From: a virus
Taxonomy: Duplodnaviria > Caudoviricetes
Strand: one strand, 5' to 3'
Virus record (IMG/VR): IMGVR_UViG_3300048690_000084
Location: 1-62,922 of that record
Length of the DNA stretch: 62,922 bases
Part shown: piece by piece, positions 26,715 to 36,005 of the stretch
Layout: every line of letters begins with the position of its first letter
How positions within the stretch are numbered: position 1 is the stretch's first letter
Notes under the pieces: generated by a model
Told to the model about the DNA's origin: nothing
What the model saw: the letters and a program-made list of their open reading frames with translations, nothing else
The model's database searches: none
Made by a program: the position numbers and the translations under genes

Positions 26715-27142
26715 GATTTAACCTCAAAAAATTTCTGGTACATCACACTCTGCACCTCATACCCATACTTCTGGGCGGTTTGCCGCCATCCGGGCCGGCC
26801 CACAAATTCAATTCCAGCACAACCGGCACCAATCGCAGCACCGGTGGCCAGCTCCTGCATCTTCTCTTCCACAGCTTCCATTGTGCCGGGAACCATGGCG
26901 CAATACTGGATGGTGAGCATCTTGCACTGAGGGTACTGCTTCACCTCGGTGATGATATGACCCATCGCCGTGCGATCGTCATGCACAACCCAAAGGTGCA
27001 TTTTTCCATTGAGGACAAAATTCAGAATGTCGTCTTCCGTCGATCGACCGCGTGTCCATTGCGCTGATTCACTGAGAAAAGGTAGAACAGCCGGAATGGC
27101 TGCAGCAACTTGCCCAACAGGAACCAGCGATATATCCATCAT
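26711..27142 (-). CDS. Putative GNAT-fold protein of the ejection module
   Basis: LW.V...G..ITEV..YP, GC.GIE..GRPGW. Confidence 0.5.
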   Translation of the reverse strand: MMDISLVPVGQVAAAIPAVLPFLSESAQWTRGRSTEDDILNFVLNGKMHLWVVHDDRTAMGHIITEVKQYPQCKMLTIQYCAMVPGTMEAVEEKMQELATGAAIGAGCAGIEFVGRPGWRQTAQKYGYEVQSVMYQKFFEVKS

Positions 27143-29235
27143 GCTGGCAGCATTTTCTCAGCTTTTGAATTAACCGCAACCCGGTCTTTGCCCACGGTTT
27201 TGCCACGGGCTTTTTGCACTCGGTCCATCATGGCATACAGCTTGCGTGCGCCTGCTTCTGTCGAGCCGTTGCCCAACTCAGACACAATGCGGGCTGGAAC
27301 CACAAACTCACCATCAGCCAAACGGGCAGGTCGCTTGTCACCGATCGAAGCAGGTATGCTGTCCGACACGCCATCGCCGGGACCACGCAACAAACGACCG
27401 CCATCTGAGTAGTCGCCCAAGTGGCTTTGGCCGCCGCCAGCCAGTGCCATCAAGCCGCCGTAAGCCCAGCCGCCAACGCCCGAATTATCGGATGCGGTAG
27501 AGTCTGCCGAAGAGGCGGATGTGGTGTCGCCACCGCCATACGACTGCGAAGGGTCGCTGACTGAGCCGCTGTACGTGCCGGGACCACCAACACCTTCATA
27601 GCCCGTTGGCAAGTTTCCAATACGAGAATCTCTTGCTGCCTGCTCGGCTGCGGAATACACAGAACTAGCCTCTCGGAGCGCAGAAAATGGGTCTGTGAAC
27701 TCGCCCTTGAGTGCGCCCGTAAAAATAGAACCGGGCATAAACGAGCCAATCGCTTTGCTGTTAGCCGCCCCGTAAGCGTCTTTGTAAGATTGGCCTGCTG
27801 GCGTGTTCATGAAGTCAAACACAGCCGCTTGTTTATCGGTTACACCTACACGGCCCGGAGAGTCCCCGCCACTGTAATATTGTGCAGCAGCGGCTGGTGA
27901 AGTGTTTTTCACCGTTTCGCCAATTGATGTAAATGCGCCGGTAGACGGGTTAAAAACATAGCTGTTATCTAGGTCGCCAGTTTCTTTTGCCAAATCGGCA
28001 GAACCCGCTACGAACTTTACGGGCTCAAGCAGCGCAGCAGGCGCAGCGGCTGGTGCAGTCTTTGGGCCTTGACCCATCAGGTATTTGAACGCATCACCAG
28101 ATTGGCCGGTCATGGTGTAGAAGGGGTTGTCTTCGACCTTGCTAACCGCGCTTGTTTCACCGCCTTCAGCAAACATCTGACCACCATTGGACATAATGGT
28201 TTCGGCTTGGTTTCGGTTTGACATGGCTTCCAAGGGGCCAATATCCATCAAGCCACCACCGGCAGCTTTGCGCGTGAATACTGGGTTGAAGTATGTGCGC
28301 TCGCCAGTGTACGGGCCGGTATAACCAGCGTTTGGATCGTCAACGCGGCCGTAGTTGAACTCATACTCGTAGGGCTTTTCTTCCTTCCGGGCTTTCTGCT
28401 CTTGCTCTTGAAACAACAAAGGAGCCGCAGCAGCCAGACCGTACTTCAGGTTGTCCTTGTTGAAAAGCAGCTCAGGCTTATCCATGATCGCGCCAAGACC
28501 AGTCTTTGCGGTATCCATATAAGACCCGCCAGCTTGTTTGAAAAGCTCGGTTCCGGGAGTAACGCGAGCTGCAGCCTCGTTAAGCAAACCTTGCTGCGTT
28601 AGTGCGGGTGCTTGCGTGGTTGTTGGAACCGCTTGGGCTGCAAGTGTTGGTGGGACAGGGGTGGCCGCAGGGGGAGTGGGGACTAGGCCCAATCCCGGAT
28701 CAGTACTAAAACCGCCGGTCATCACGTTGTAGCTGGGCGTTGCTGCGGCAGCAGAAGGGCTCAGGCTTTGCGTTGCAGCATCCGACAAAGCATCCATGGC
28801 GTTTATGCCTTGAGCGCTGCCAACGCCAGTGCCTGCAAGGGAATCAACTCCAGCCATCGCCGCCTGTTGCGCCGCAGCCGTACCAGTGCCCATGATGCTA
28901 CCAGCCAAACCAGCACCCCCGTATGCGCCCAAGCCGGCCATCAGGCCTTTCTTCAGGCTTCCAGTTGCCAAACCGTAGCCGCCGCCTACCATAGCCGCAG
29001 CCAAAGGAGCACCAATACCGGTTGCAGTCAACGCCGCACCGGCCAACATTGGCAAGATGCTCGACAAAAAGCCCGCCTCGGGCAAGCCTGTATCGGGGTT
29101 GATGGTCAACGATCCGCCATGCGCCTTAGCAAGCGCCTGCAGGCCAGCCACTTCCTGTGGTGCCATGTGGACGAGGGTAGTGTCTGGCCCCCGGCCACGG
29201 GACGCCATGTGTTGTGCGGCAAGTTGCAGGCTCAT
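27139..29235 (-). CDS. Internal virion protein
   Basis: GRGPDTTLVHM..E, INPDTGLPEA; C-terminal GPGDGVSDSIPA..ARLADGEFV. Confidence 0.7.
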   Translation of the reverse strand: MSLQLAAQHMASRGRGPDTTLVHMAPQEVAGLQALAKAHGGSLTINPDTGLPEAGFLSSILPMLAGAALTATGIGAPLAAAMVGGGYGLATGSLKKGLMAGLGAYGGAGLAGSIMGTGTAAAQQAAMAGVDSLAGTGVGSAQGINAMDALSDAATQSLSPSAAAATPSYNVMTGGFSTDPGLGLVPTPPAATPVPPTLAAQAVPTTTQAPALTQQGLLNEAAARVTPGTELFKQAGGSYMDTAKTGLGAIMDKPELLFNKDNLKYGLAAAAPLLFQEQEQKARKEEKPYEYEFNYGRVDDPNAGYTGPYTGERTYFNPVFTRKAAGGGLMDIGPLEAMSNRNQAETIMSNGGQMFAEGGETSAVSKVEDNPFYTMTGQSGDAFKYLMGQGPKTAPAAAPAALLEPVKFVAGSADLAKETGDLDNSYVFNPSTGAFTSIGETVKNTSPAAAAQYYSGGDSPGRVGVTDKQAAVFDFMNTPAGQSYKDAYGAANSKAIGSFMPGSIFTGALKGEFTDPFSALREASSVYSAAEQAARDSRIGNLPTGYEGVGGPGTYSGSVSDPSQSYGGGDTTSASSADSTASDNSGVGGWAYGGLMALAGGGQSHLGDYSDGGRLLRGPGDGVSDSIPASIGDKRPARLADGEFVVPARIVSELGNGSTEAGARKLYAMMDRVQKARGKTVGKDRVAVNSKAEKMLPA

Positions 29236-29543
29236 GTCTTTACTTTCAATACGTTCCCGGCAGTGCTGTCATAGTAGACATCCCCCACCCGGAGGTTACT
29301 CAAATCCGCCTGACTTGGCAAGCTAAGCGTAAACGTATTTGGGTTGGCTGGATCGGGCTTAATAAAGCTCAATGCGGCAACAATGTTTCCGTTTACTTGC
29401 TGTGTTGACGCCGCCATCGGACCAGTGTTATCCAGCTGGTTGAAATACAACCGCAGAATACGCAGCACTTGGTTCATAAACTGTGCGTCGTATTCTACCG
29501 GAGCGACCGGCAGCATGGGGGCTCGTACGTTCTTTTGGCTCAT
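29232..29543 (-). CDS. Structural hypothetical protein
   Basis: LP.AP.EYD...LRLYFNQLD. Confidence 0.7.
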   Translation of the reverse strand: MSQKNVRAPMLPVAPVEYDAQFMNQVLRILRLYFNQLDNTGPMAASTQQVNGNIVAALSFIKPDPANPNTFTLSLPSQADLSNLRVGDVYYDSTAGNVLKVKT

Positions 29544-29546
29544 AAA

Positions 29547-31490
29547 TCAACGACGCCCATCTGGACGAATATCGAGGGATGGAACGCCTAATTGCCACTG
29601 CACGCCAAGCCCGTCAGAGCCGATTCTGAACGCCATCTGTCGGCCGCGAACACGGACATACACAATCTCAGTGAACTGCTGCACCACGTAGTTGCGCTGG
29701 CCTTGGTAGTTCTGCGCACTGGTCACGGTGGTGGCATCCGAGGTATATGCTGCGCCGGGGTTTTGACGAGGCCTGAGCGTCATCGTCACGGATGGCCGGT
29801 CTACAGTAGAGCCGTCAAACGTAATGTCCGGTATCACGCGCCAGACAAACCCGTAATTGTGGCCATCGCCAATATTGGAGTCGGCCGACTGCACGTATGA
29901 GGTTATTGGGCTTGGCGGGTTTGTCGTGCCGTCATCCACGCCGTCTTCGTGATAAATCAACTGACCGTCGTAACCAGCGGCAGTCGGATGCTCGCGCAAA
30001 GGCGTGTCAGTCCAAGCGGTGCGGGCCATATTCCCGTACGACCAGCTCTTTTCCAAGTAGTTGTAGATCACATAGCGATCAATTACCGTGGAGTTGGATG
30101 AGCAATAAAACCACCAGACCTCATTGAAGCCTTCGTTGGTACCAGAGAAAAACTGGTACTGCTGCTGGAAGTTGATGTCACCAAAAATGTACTGGCGAAG
30201 TGGGCAATACAGCGTTTCCACACGACCGGAGTACATGTAGAACTTGTCGTAGCCCATCCAGTAGGTCACGTTAGAGGCCACGGATGCAACGTTGGGACCG
30301 GCAATGGAGATGTTCTCTCCCATGATCTGGAATCCCCAGACATACGGAGGGCCAAGGTACTGCATGGAATACACGGCCGCGTCAGTCCACACCAAAATCT
30401 CCTGACGAGTTTGCTGGTGCGCAACAATGGATGAGCCCGTACTCAGGCGGTAGCTGCCTGCTTGGTTTGTTGCGGCAGGCTCCCACAGCGTGTAGTCCTC
30501 TTGATCCGACCAGCGCACGAGCAGCGGGTCTTGAACGCTTGAGCCGTAATCGTTACAACCAAAAGCAATAACAAAACGGGAGGCATCCGACACCGCAACT
30601 GCGCTTGCCACGGTCGGGCAGCTTGTGTCAGTCGTATACGGCGATGGACTGGTTGACGACAGCAGCACAGCACGATCGTAAATCGATGGGCTGGCGTTCA
30701 CCTTCCAAAGATATAAGCCACCGTTGCGAGGGTTAAGCACAAGGTCTTGGCCGTAGTTGTCTTGACTCCACAAGCGCAACTGAATGCCAATGCCAAGACC
30801 AGCGGGCGCTGCGATACCCCAGCCCGTCAAAGTGCCCTCAGAATTACCGCCCCAGCCACCAGCACCCCAGCCGACGCCCACCGTGTAGATGTCGCTACCC
30901 GTGGAAATTTGATATGCAAAAGTGGCTCCAGAAGAAGCTGTGCCAGTAGATGTGGCAGGGGATGATACCGTAATGCTGTACGTACCTGACGTGATGTACG
31001 TGATACGGAACTCCAAGTTCAGCGCAGCAGCAGGGATGCCGTTTACAGCACCGCCAACTCCAGAGATGGTGACAAAATCTCCGGTCTGAGCGCCGTGACC
31101 AGCGTCATTTATGACGACAGTGGTAGAGCCGTTGGTCGTAGTAAAGGCGTTTGATGCAACGGTTGCGGTGTCTCGGAGTGGTGTGATGTCGTAAAAATCA
31201 CCACCGGCCGTCTGCTGGATATAGTACTTCAGGTTAGTACCGACACCCATCAAGTTGAAACCGGACAAGGTGACCCAGTTCCACAGCGAGCGTGCCACAC
31301 CCCAGAACGAGCCTGCTGGTGGCTGCAGTGTTGCATCTGCCGTCCCTGTATCCAGCGTCCAGCCGCCAATCTTCTCAGGGAAACCCGAGCGAAAGCGCAC
31401 CTTGTCCATCTCGAACCAAGTGCCTTCGTTGGCCAGTGATGTGGATTCCCGGTTTACCCCGGGGCGCAGCAGTAGCTTTTGCAGTGGCAT
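29547..31490 (-). CDS. Tail nozzle / stabilisation protein (P22 gp10 / tubular B-like)
   Basis: 647 aa, beta-rich, VRWSDQED, EVWWFY, RVRGRQ. Confidence 0.75.
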   Translation of the reverse strand: MPLQKLLLRPGVNRESTSLANEGTWFEMDKVRFRSGFPEKIGGWTLDTGTADATLQPPAGSFWGVARSLWNWVTLSGFNLMGVGTNLKYYIQQTAGGDFYDITPLRDTATVASNAFTTTNGSTTVVINDAGHGAQTGDFVTISGVGGAVNGIPAAALNLEFRITYITSGTYSITVSSPATSTGTASSGATFAYQISTGSDIYTVGVGWGAGGWGGNSEGTLTGWGIAAPAGLGIGIQLRLWSQDNYGQDLVLNPRNGGLYLWKVNASPSIYDRAVLLSSTSPSPYTTDTSCPTVASAVAVSDASRFVIAFGCNDYGSSVQDPLLVRWSDQEDYTLWEPAATNQAGSYRLSTGSSIVAHQQTRQEILVWTDAAVYSMQYLGPPYVWGFQIMGENISIAGPNVASVASNVTYWMGYDKFYMYSGRVETLYCPLRQYIFGDINFQQQYQFFSGTNEGFNEVWWFYCSSNSTVIDRYVIYNYLEKSWSYGNMARTAWTDTPLREHPTAAGYDGQLIYHEDGVDDGTTNPPSPITSYVQSADSNIGDGHNYGFVWRVIPDITFDGSTVDRPSVTMTLRPRQNPGAAYTSDATTVTSAQNYQGQRNYVVQQFTEIVYVRVRGRQMAFRIGSDGLGVQWQLGVPSLDIRPDGRR

Positions 31491-31499
31491 GTTGTCCTC

Positions 31500-32096
31500 T
31501 TAGGTGAGCACGGCCAGCGCGTGGTTGATGTGCTTAATGCGGTCTTCGAGCCCAATTACACCACCGTTGATCTTTTTTGTCATCCCGGTGTAGTCCTTGG
31601 CATCAGCCTCCTTGTTCAGGCCTCGCTTGTTCCAAAACCATGCCGCGCTCAAGGCTGCGTACTTTGGAGACAGGATCAGGTCCGGGGAGTGGATGAAGTC
31701 CTCGCCCAAGGCATCGCCGCACAGGGTGTAGTTGTCCTTGCCGGTCAGCTGGATCAGGCCTCGGCCCTTGTACAAGCCGCCTTCCCCCGTCTCCTCGGTC
31801 CCGTTGCCCATACGACCGCCGTAGACCTTGTTGGCAATCTTGTCAGCGTCGCGGTGGTACGGCTTGGCGGCATCCAATGTTGGGAAACGGCTTGGCCAAA
31901 CCCGGCACAGGCTCTCGGCGCTGTAGTTCAGGTTCTCCTGCAGGGTCTTAAAGTTGCCGGACTCGTGGGCGCACTGCCCGATGAATGCAGCCATCCGCAG
32001 CGGGGTGTTGATCTCGTAGCGCTGAAATGCCTCGTTCAGAGGCTCCAGCCAGTCGTCATCAATGTGCAGTTCTTTGAGCTGTTCAGCGGTAATCAC
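31500..32096 (-). CDS. Glycoside hydrolase family 19 endolysin
   Basis: AFIGQCAHESG, YKGRGLIQLTGKDNY, AAWFW, TKKINGG..GL.DR. Confidence 0.93.
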   Translation of the reverse strand: MITAEQLKELHIDDDWLEPLNEAFQRYEINTPLRMAAFIGQCAHESGNFKTLQENLNYSAESLCRVWPSRFPTLDAAKPYHRDADKIANKVYGGRMGNGTEETGEGGLYKGRGLIQLTGKDNYTLCGDALGEDFIHSPDLILSPKYAALSAAWFWNKRGLNKEADAKDYTGMTKKINGGVIGLEDRIKHINHALAVLT

Positions 32097-32105
32097 GGTG
32101 TGTCC

Positions 32106-32603
32106 TTACTTGATTGCAGGTGCTTTGGAGAGAAGGTCAGTCTTGGCCTGAGAGCCAGCAGACGAGCCGAAGTAGTAGGCAATGATGCCGGTCCAAGCTG
32201 TGCCCAGACTGCCGAGCATCATCAAGATGGCGGGGTTGTTGGCGTCAACTTTGCCAAACAGCATCATCCCCAAAATGCCAAAAAACCCGATTGTGACGAT
32301 GCCAGCCAGAGCAGGGGGAACCAGACTGCGGGTGGTGGCCTGCATCTCACGGGCTGACTTGCGGTCCTCGACCCCGAGCTTTTCAAAGTTCAAGCCAAGT
32401 TCCTGCGCCTGCTTTTGCAGCTCGATTTCGGCAATCTTGACCTGTGCGATCTGCTCGGCCGACAGCTTGTTGTTGGAGATCATGCCCCCCACTTTCTCAG
32501 GCTCAACACCGATGGCCTTGGAGATGGCCGACACAGCCATACCAGCGAGCGGCCCACCCATAGCGGTAGCAATAGTCGGCGCGATTTGTTTTAACCAGTC
32601 CAT
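32106..32603 (-). CDS. Holin (3TM type)
   Basis: APTIATAMGGPLAG, DRKSAR, YYFGSSAGS; adjacent to lysin. Confidence 0.8.
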   Translation of the reverse strand: MDWLKQIAPTIATAMGGPLAGMAVSAISKAIGVEPEKVGGMISNNKLSAEQIAQVKIAEIELQKQAQELGLNFEKLGVEDRKSAREMQATTRSLVPPALAGIVTIGFFGILGMMLFGKVDANNPAILMMLGSLGTAWTGIIAYYFGSSAGSQAKTDLLSKAPAIK

Positions 32604-33220
32604 TACTGTTTACTCCTTGAAAGCATGGTTGCTGCGATGTCCATCATGGTCCGTGCGACCTCGATGTCAAGTGGCTCAGTCTCCCAGCCCACTGTGATCT
32701 GGCCCACAAAGCGACTTGGCTCTGGTGGCACGCTGATGCGGCAGGTGTACGTCACGCCCTTGGCGATGTACCAAAGCCCCATTTCAGACTGCGCTGCGCG
32801 GTACTCGCCGCAGGGAATCTCGTTTGCCATGAGCCTGACCACATCGGCGTTGTTGCTGGCGTTCTGTGTAAACAGTCCCACATCCAGTCCGTCGTTGGTC
32901 TTGTCCCGGCCTTCTTTGGTGTATGCGCGGTACAGCACTCGGGTGCCGAACATTGGGTTGACCTTGAACACGGCCACGATGGTGGCGTTGGTGTTTTTGA
33001 ACAGGTGGGCAGCAGCGTCCTCAACCCGGTCTTCTTCGATGCTGGGCATCCGCTTGGATTCTTTGTACGCGCCAATCAGCAGGTCTTGGTTCTGCCAGAT
33101 GAAGTACCCGCCAAACGTCAGCACGGCCATCAGCACGATGGCAAACAGGCGGAAAGGGCTGGTCACATAGGCCAACACCTTGTCTACCGTCCCGTCAGGA
33201 CTCAGCTTATCGTCTGCCAT
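32603..33220 (-). CDS. Membrane-anchored protein, possibly T4-holin/GAF-like
   Basis: N-terminal TM, then globular domain ending VGQITVGW...AATMLSRSK. Confidence 0.55.
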   Translation of the reverse strand: MADDKLSPDGTVDKVLAYVTSPFRLFAIVLMAVLTFGGYFIWQNQDLLIGAYKESKRMPSIEEDRVEDAAAHLFKNTNATIVAVFKVNPMFGTRVLYRAYTKEGRDKTNDGLDVGLFTQNASNNADVVRLMANEIPCGEYRAAQSEMGLWYIAKGVTYTCRISVPPEPSRFVGQITVGWETEPLDIEVARTMMDIAATMLSRSKQ

Positions 33221-33777
33221 AACTCCACCTCATGTCCGTAATACTTTCTGCGGTCAATTATCTCCGCCTTTTTCTTGATCTTGATCGGCTCCGGCTGCTT
33301 GATTACCCAGTTGAAATACACGTAGCCCCCAAAGACCAGCATGCTCACCATGATGAAAATCACCACAGACCAGATCACGTCATCCCAAAACTTGGCCAGC
33401 GCATCCCTGCGCTCCTTCTCGACCTTCTCGCGCTCCTTGGCAATCTCGGTGCGCTTGGTCATCATCCGGTTGAACGCATCTTCCCCGTAGCGGTAGTAGA
33501 TCAGCGTCTTGAGTTCTTTCTCTTGCTGCCAAATCTTCTCTTGGTACACCACGAAGGTGAGTGCCTCTTCCTCTACGGAACCTTGCTGCGTGACACCGAA
33601 CAGCTTGGGCTTGACGTTCTTCTTGCTGTTGGCTGCTTTCTGAAAATCAGCTGCAGCGCCGTACCATTTGCCGATCTGGCCAACAACATCCTCGATTTCA
33701 CGTCCGGTCTTAACAAGTTGCTTGACGCCATTGAAGGCGGCAGAGGCCATCATGAAGGCCGAAACTGGATCGATCAT
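33202..33777 (-). CDS. Membrane protein with coiled coil
   Basis: C-proximal TM (VIWSVVIFIMVSMLVFGGYVYF). Confidence 0.7.
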   Translation of the reverse strand: MIDPVSAFMMASAAFNGVKQLVKTGREIEDVVGQIGKWYGAAADFQKAANSKKNVKPKLFGVTQQGSVEEEALTFVVYQEKIWQQEKELKTLIYYRYGEDAFNRMMTKRTEIAKEREKVEKERRDALAKFWDDVIWSVVIFIMVSMLVFGGYVYFNWVIKQPEPIKIKKKAEIIDRRKYYGHEVELWQTIS

Positions 33778-33796
33778 CGTTCATCTCAATAGGCGC

Positions 33797-33988
33797 TCAC
33801 CATTTGCCAATGGGGCACTTCTGGTCTTTCCACTTGGTCTTGAGGTGAATGATGCACAAACATTTCCCACAAAGCCCAACGGGCTTCTTGTGCTCACAGG
33901 CTTCACACAAAGCCCTGCGCTGAGCCACCACATCAGGCTCAGGCTGCGCGTTGCGGTTTTCTGGAGAATCTACATCTTGGATTGTCAT
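33797..33988 (-). CDS. Small Cys-rich protein
   Basis: CEAC..CGKCLC...K....CPIGKW. Confidence 0.65.
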   Translation of the reverse strand: MTIQDVDSPENRNAQPEPDVVAQRRALCEACEHKKPVGLCGKCLCIIHLKTKWKDQKCPIGKW

Positions 33989-35049
33989 GCTGTTCTCTTC
34001 CACATTGCCACGGTAATGTACGGTTGGAGATTGGCGTTGGTGGCGCTTGAACCAGCACTAGATGTCGTACCTGACACAGTGTGAGAGTGAGAGCCTGCCG
34101 ATCCCGTGTTGACACCGGAATCAATAATGGAGCCACCGCAGCAGCTTGCGCCGGGGCCGGGGCCATCGCCCGTACCGTTACTGCTGTAGTGATTCTCGTC
34201 GTGCGCGTGATCCCCGATGGTGCTCGTGGTGGCGCTGAAGGTGTGTGTATGACTTACAACAATAGCATCCTTGCTACCGCCGGTTTCTTCCAGAGCGTCA
34301 AACAGCGGGTCGCTGCCATTCAAGCCAACCATGACTTGGCCTGCGCCAAAAGCCACCCATGTGCCAAAGCCAAAAAGCGTGGCTGGGTTTGTGGTCACGC
34401 CTGCGTTGATATAGATGGAGCCAACGGGGTGCAAGGCTTGCAGCGCAGCTTGAACAAAAGCGGTAGTCGCAATTGCCGTGCTGCTCGTGCCGTACGTTTG
34501 GGTTGCAGCAGTTGGGGCTGCGGCAGTCAGGTTGCCATTAAGGTTTCCGGTGACGTTGCCCGTGACGTTGCCCGTGACATTACCTGTGACGTTACCCACA
34601 ACATCGCCAGAGAGGTAGTTGCTTTGGGCTGCGAAATTTGTGCCGTCAGACCACACCGCCAAGGTCTTGCCTGCAGGAATTGCCACGCCCGTACCTGCGG
34701 CAGTCGTGTTGCCAATCACCGTCGAGTTGTAGATGGTGGCCGTGTAGCTGCTGGCGTTGTAAATGGTGTACTGCTTAGAGGCGGGTGGCGCGTATACGGC
34801 AAAGTTTGCGGTCGTGGTGGTTGTCAGCGCAAGGGCGGCATGAACCGCTTGGTTGTCTGCGGCCGTTGCTGAGCCCCCGTTGATGTAGGTCAGCGCTTGG
34901 TTGGCGGAAATAACCGAGACTGAAACGTAGCCAGCAATCGCCTGCTCCACGACGTAAGCCAAGTTGGTGTTGGTCGTAACGCCCCACGTACCGGCTTGAT
35001 CGCCGGTGGTGATGAGTTCGATGCGAAGGTCTGGCGAGTAGGTGCTCAT
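33985..35049 (-). CDS. Tail fibre-associated protein with collar/tip domain
   Basis: GNVT repeats, IATTAFV, PVGSIY..NPA..FGFGTW, NLQPYITV.MWKRTA. Confidence 0.75.
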   Translation of the reverse strand: MSTYSPDLRIELITTGDQAGTWGVTTNTNLAYVVEQAIAGYVSVSVISANQALTYINGGSATAADNQAVHAALALTTTTTANFAVYAPPASKQYTIYNASSYTATIYNSTVIGNTTAAGTGVAIPAGKTLAVWSDGTNFAAQSNYLSGDVVGNVTGNVTGNVTGNVTGNLNGNLTAAAPTAATQTYGTSSTAIATTAFVQAALQALHPVGSIYINAGVTTNPATLFGFGTWVAFGAGQVMVGLNGSDPLFDALEETGGSKDAIVVSHTHTFSATTSTIGDHAHDENHYSSNGTGDGPGPGASCCGGSIIDSGVNTGSAGSHSHTVSGTTSSAGSSATNANLQPYITVAMWKRTA

Positions 35050-35073
35050 GTTCGTTCCTCTGTTTAGCGGATT

Positions 35074-35997
35074 TTACGCTTTGGCTTTCAAAGCCGCTAC
35101 ATCTGCTTTGAGTTGCTCAATGATGGCTTGCTGTTCTTGGATGGCTGCGGTCAAAGTAGCAACCAAGAAGCTCGTGTCGATGGCTTGAGGTGAAATAGAG
35201 CCATCAACGTCGATAGCATCCTTTTCACCTGTTACGCAATCAGGCACAACCTCTTGTAACTCGTGAGCGATAAAACCTTGCCCGTTAGAGCCATCAACTT
35301 TCCAAGTGTAAGTAACAGGCTTCAGTCTCTGTACAACAGCCAAAGCGCCCATCATTGGTTGCACATTTTCTTTTAGACGGTAATCTGAAGCTGTGTTGTA
35401 AGCCGTGCTTGAGCCGGAAGTAATAATGGAACCAATAGCACCGTTTGGGTTTTTGAAGTATGCAGCATAGCTACTGGCTGTCGAAGTTGACCCATAAATA
35501 ATTCCCCAACCGCCACCACTAAGACTAGCAGTACTTCCCATTGACAACCCTGCCGTACCAGCCGCAGGGTTAAATGTTGTAGTCCCCACCAGCAAGTTAC
35601 CGCTGCCATCAATACGGGCGCGTTCTGCTTGGTTTGTGTAGAAAGAAACACCGCCAAATCCAGCCACCGTTGAAATAGACGTGCTGGTGATGTATCCAAG
35701 ACCATAGTTTGGAATTGCGTTCAAACCAGAAGGTGTGAAAGCCGAGCCATCAGTACTTACCGCAAAACCAGTAGTTGCTCGTGCTTGGCCTGTTACATCC
35801 AACTTGTAGCTTGGCGAACTCGTCCCAACACCTACGTTACCCGCCGATGTAACCGTCACAAGGTCGGTGGTTGTACCGCTGTTGCCGTTGGCAAGGCGCA
35901 CTGTGCCGTCTGGTGATGTTGGCTGGTACAGCGTGAAGTTGTTTGACGCAGTGCCGGATGTTCCGACCTGCACGTTCTTGGCGATTACGGTGCTCAT
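35074..35997 (-). CDS. Tail fibre with intramolecular chaperone (peptidase S74-type)
   Basis: GNVGVGTSSP, SDYRLKENV, GFIAHELQEV, LTAAIQE. Confidence 0.85.
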   Translation of the reverse strand: MSTVIAKNVQVGTSGTASNNFTLYQPTSPDGTVRLANGNSGTTTDLVTVTSAGNVGVGTSSPSYKLDVTGQARATTGFAVSTDGSAFTPSGLNAIPNYGLGYITSTSISTVAGFGGVSFYTNQAERARIDGSGNLLVGTTTFNPAAGTAGLSMGSTASLSGGGWGIIYGSTSTASSYAAYFKNPNGAIGSIITSGSSTAYNTASDYRLKENVQPMMGALAVVQRLKPVTYTWKVDGSNGQGFIAHELQEVVPDCVTGEKDAIDVDGSISPQAIDTSFLVATLTAAIQEQQAIIEQLKADVAALKAKA

Positions 35998-36005
35998 GTT
36001 TTTCC

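Noticed and set aside
34530-34605. 12-nt tandem repeats
   Set aside because: Encode ordinary GNVT fibre repeats
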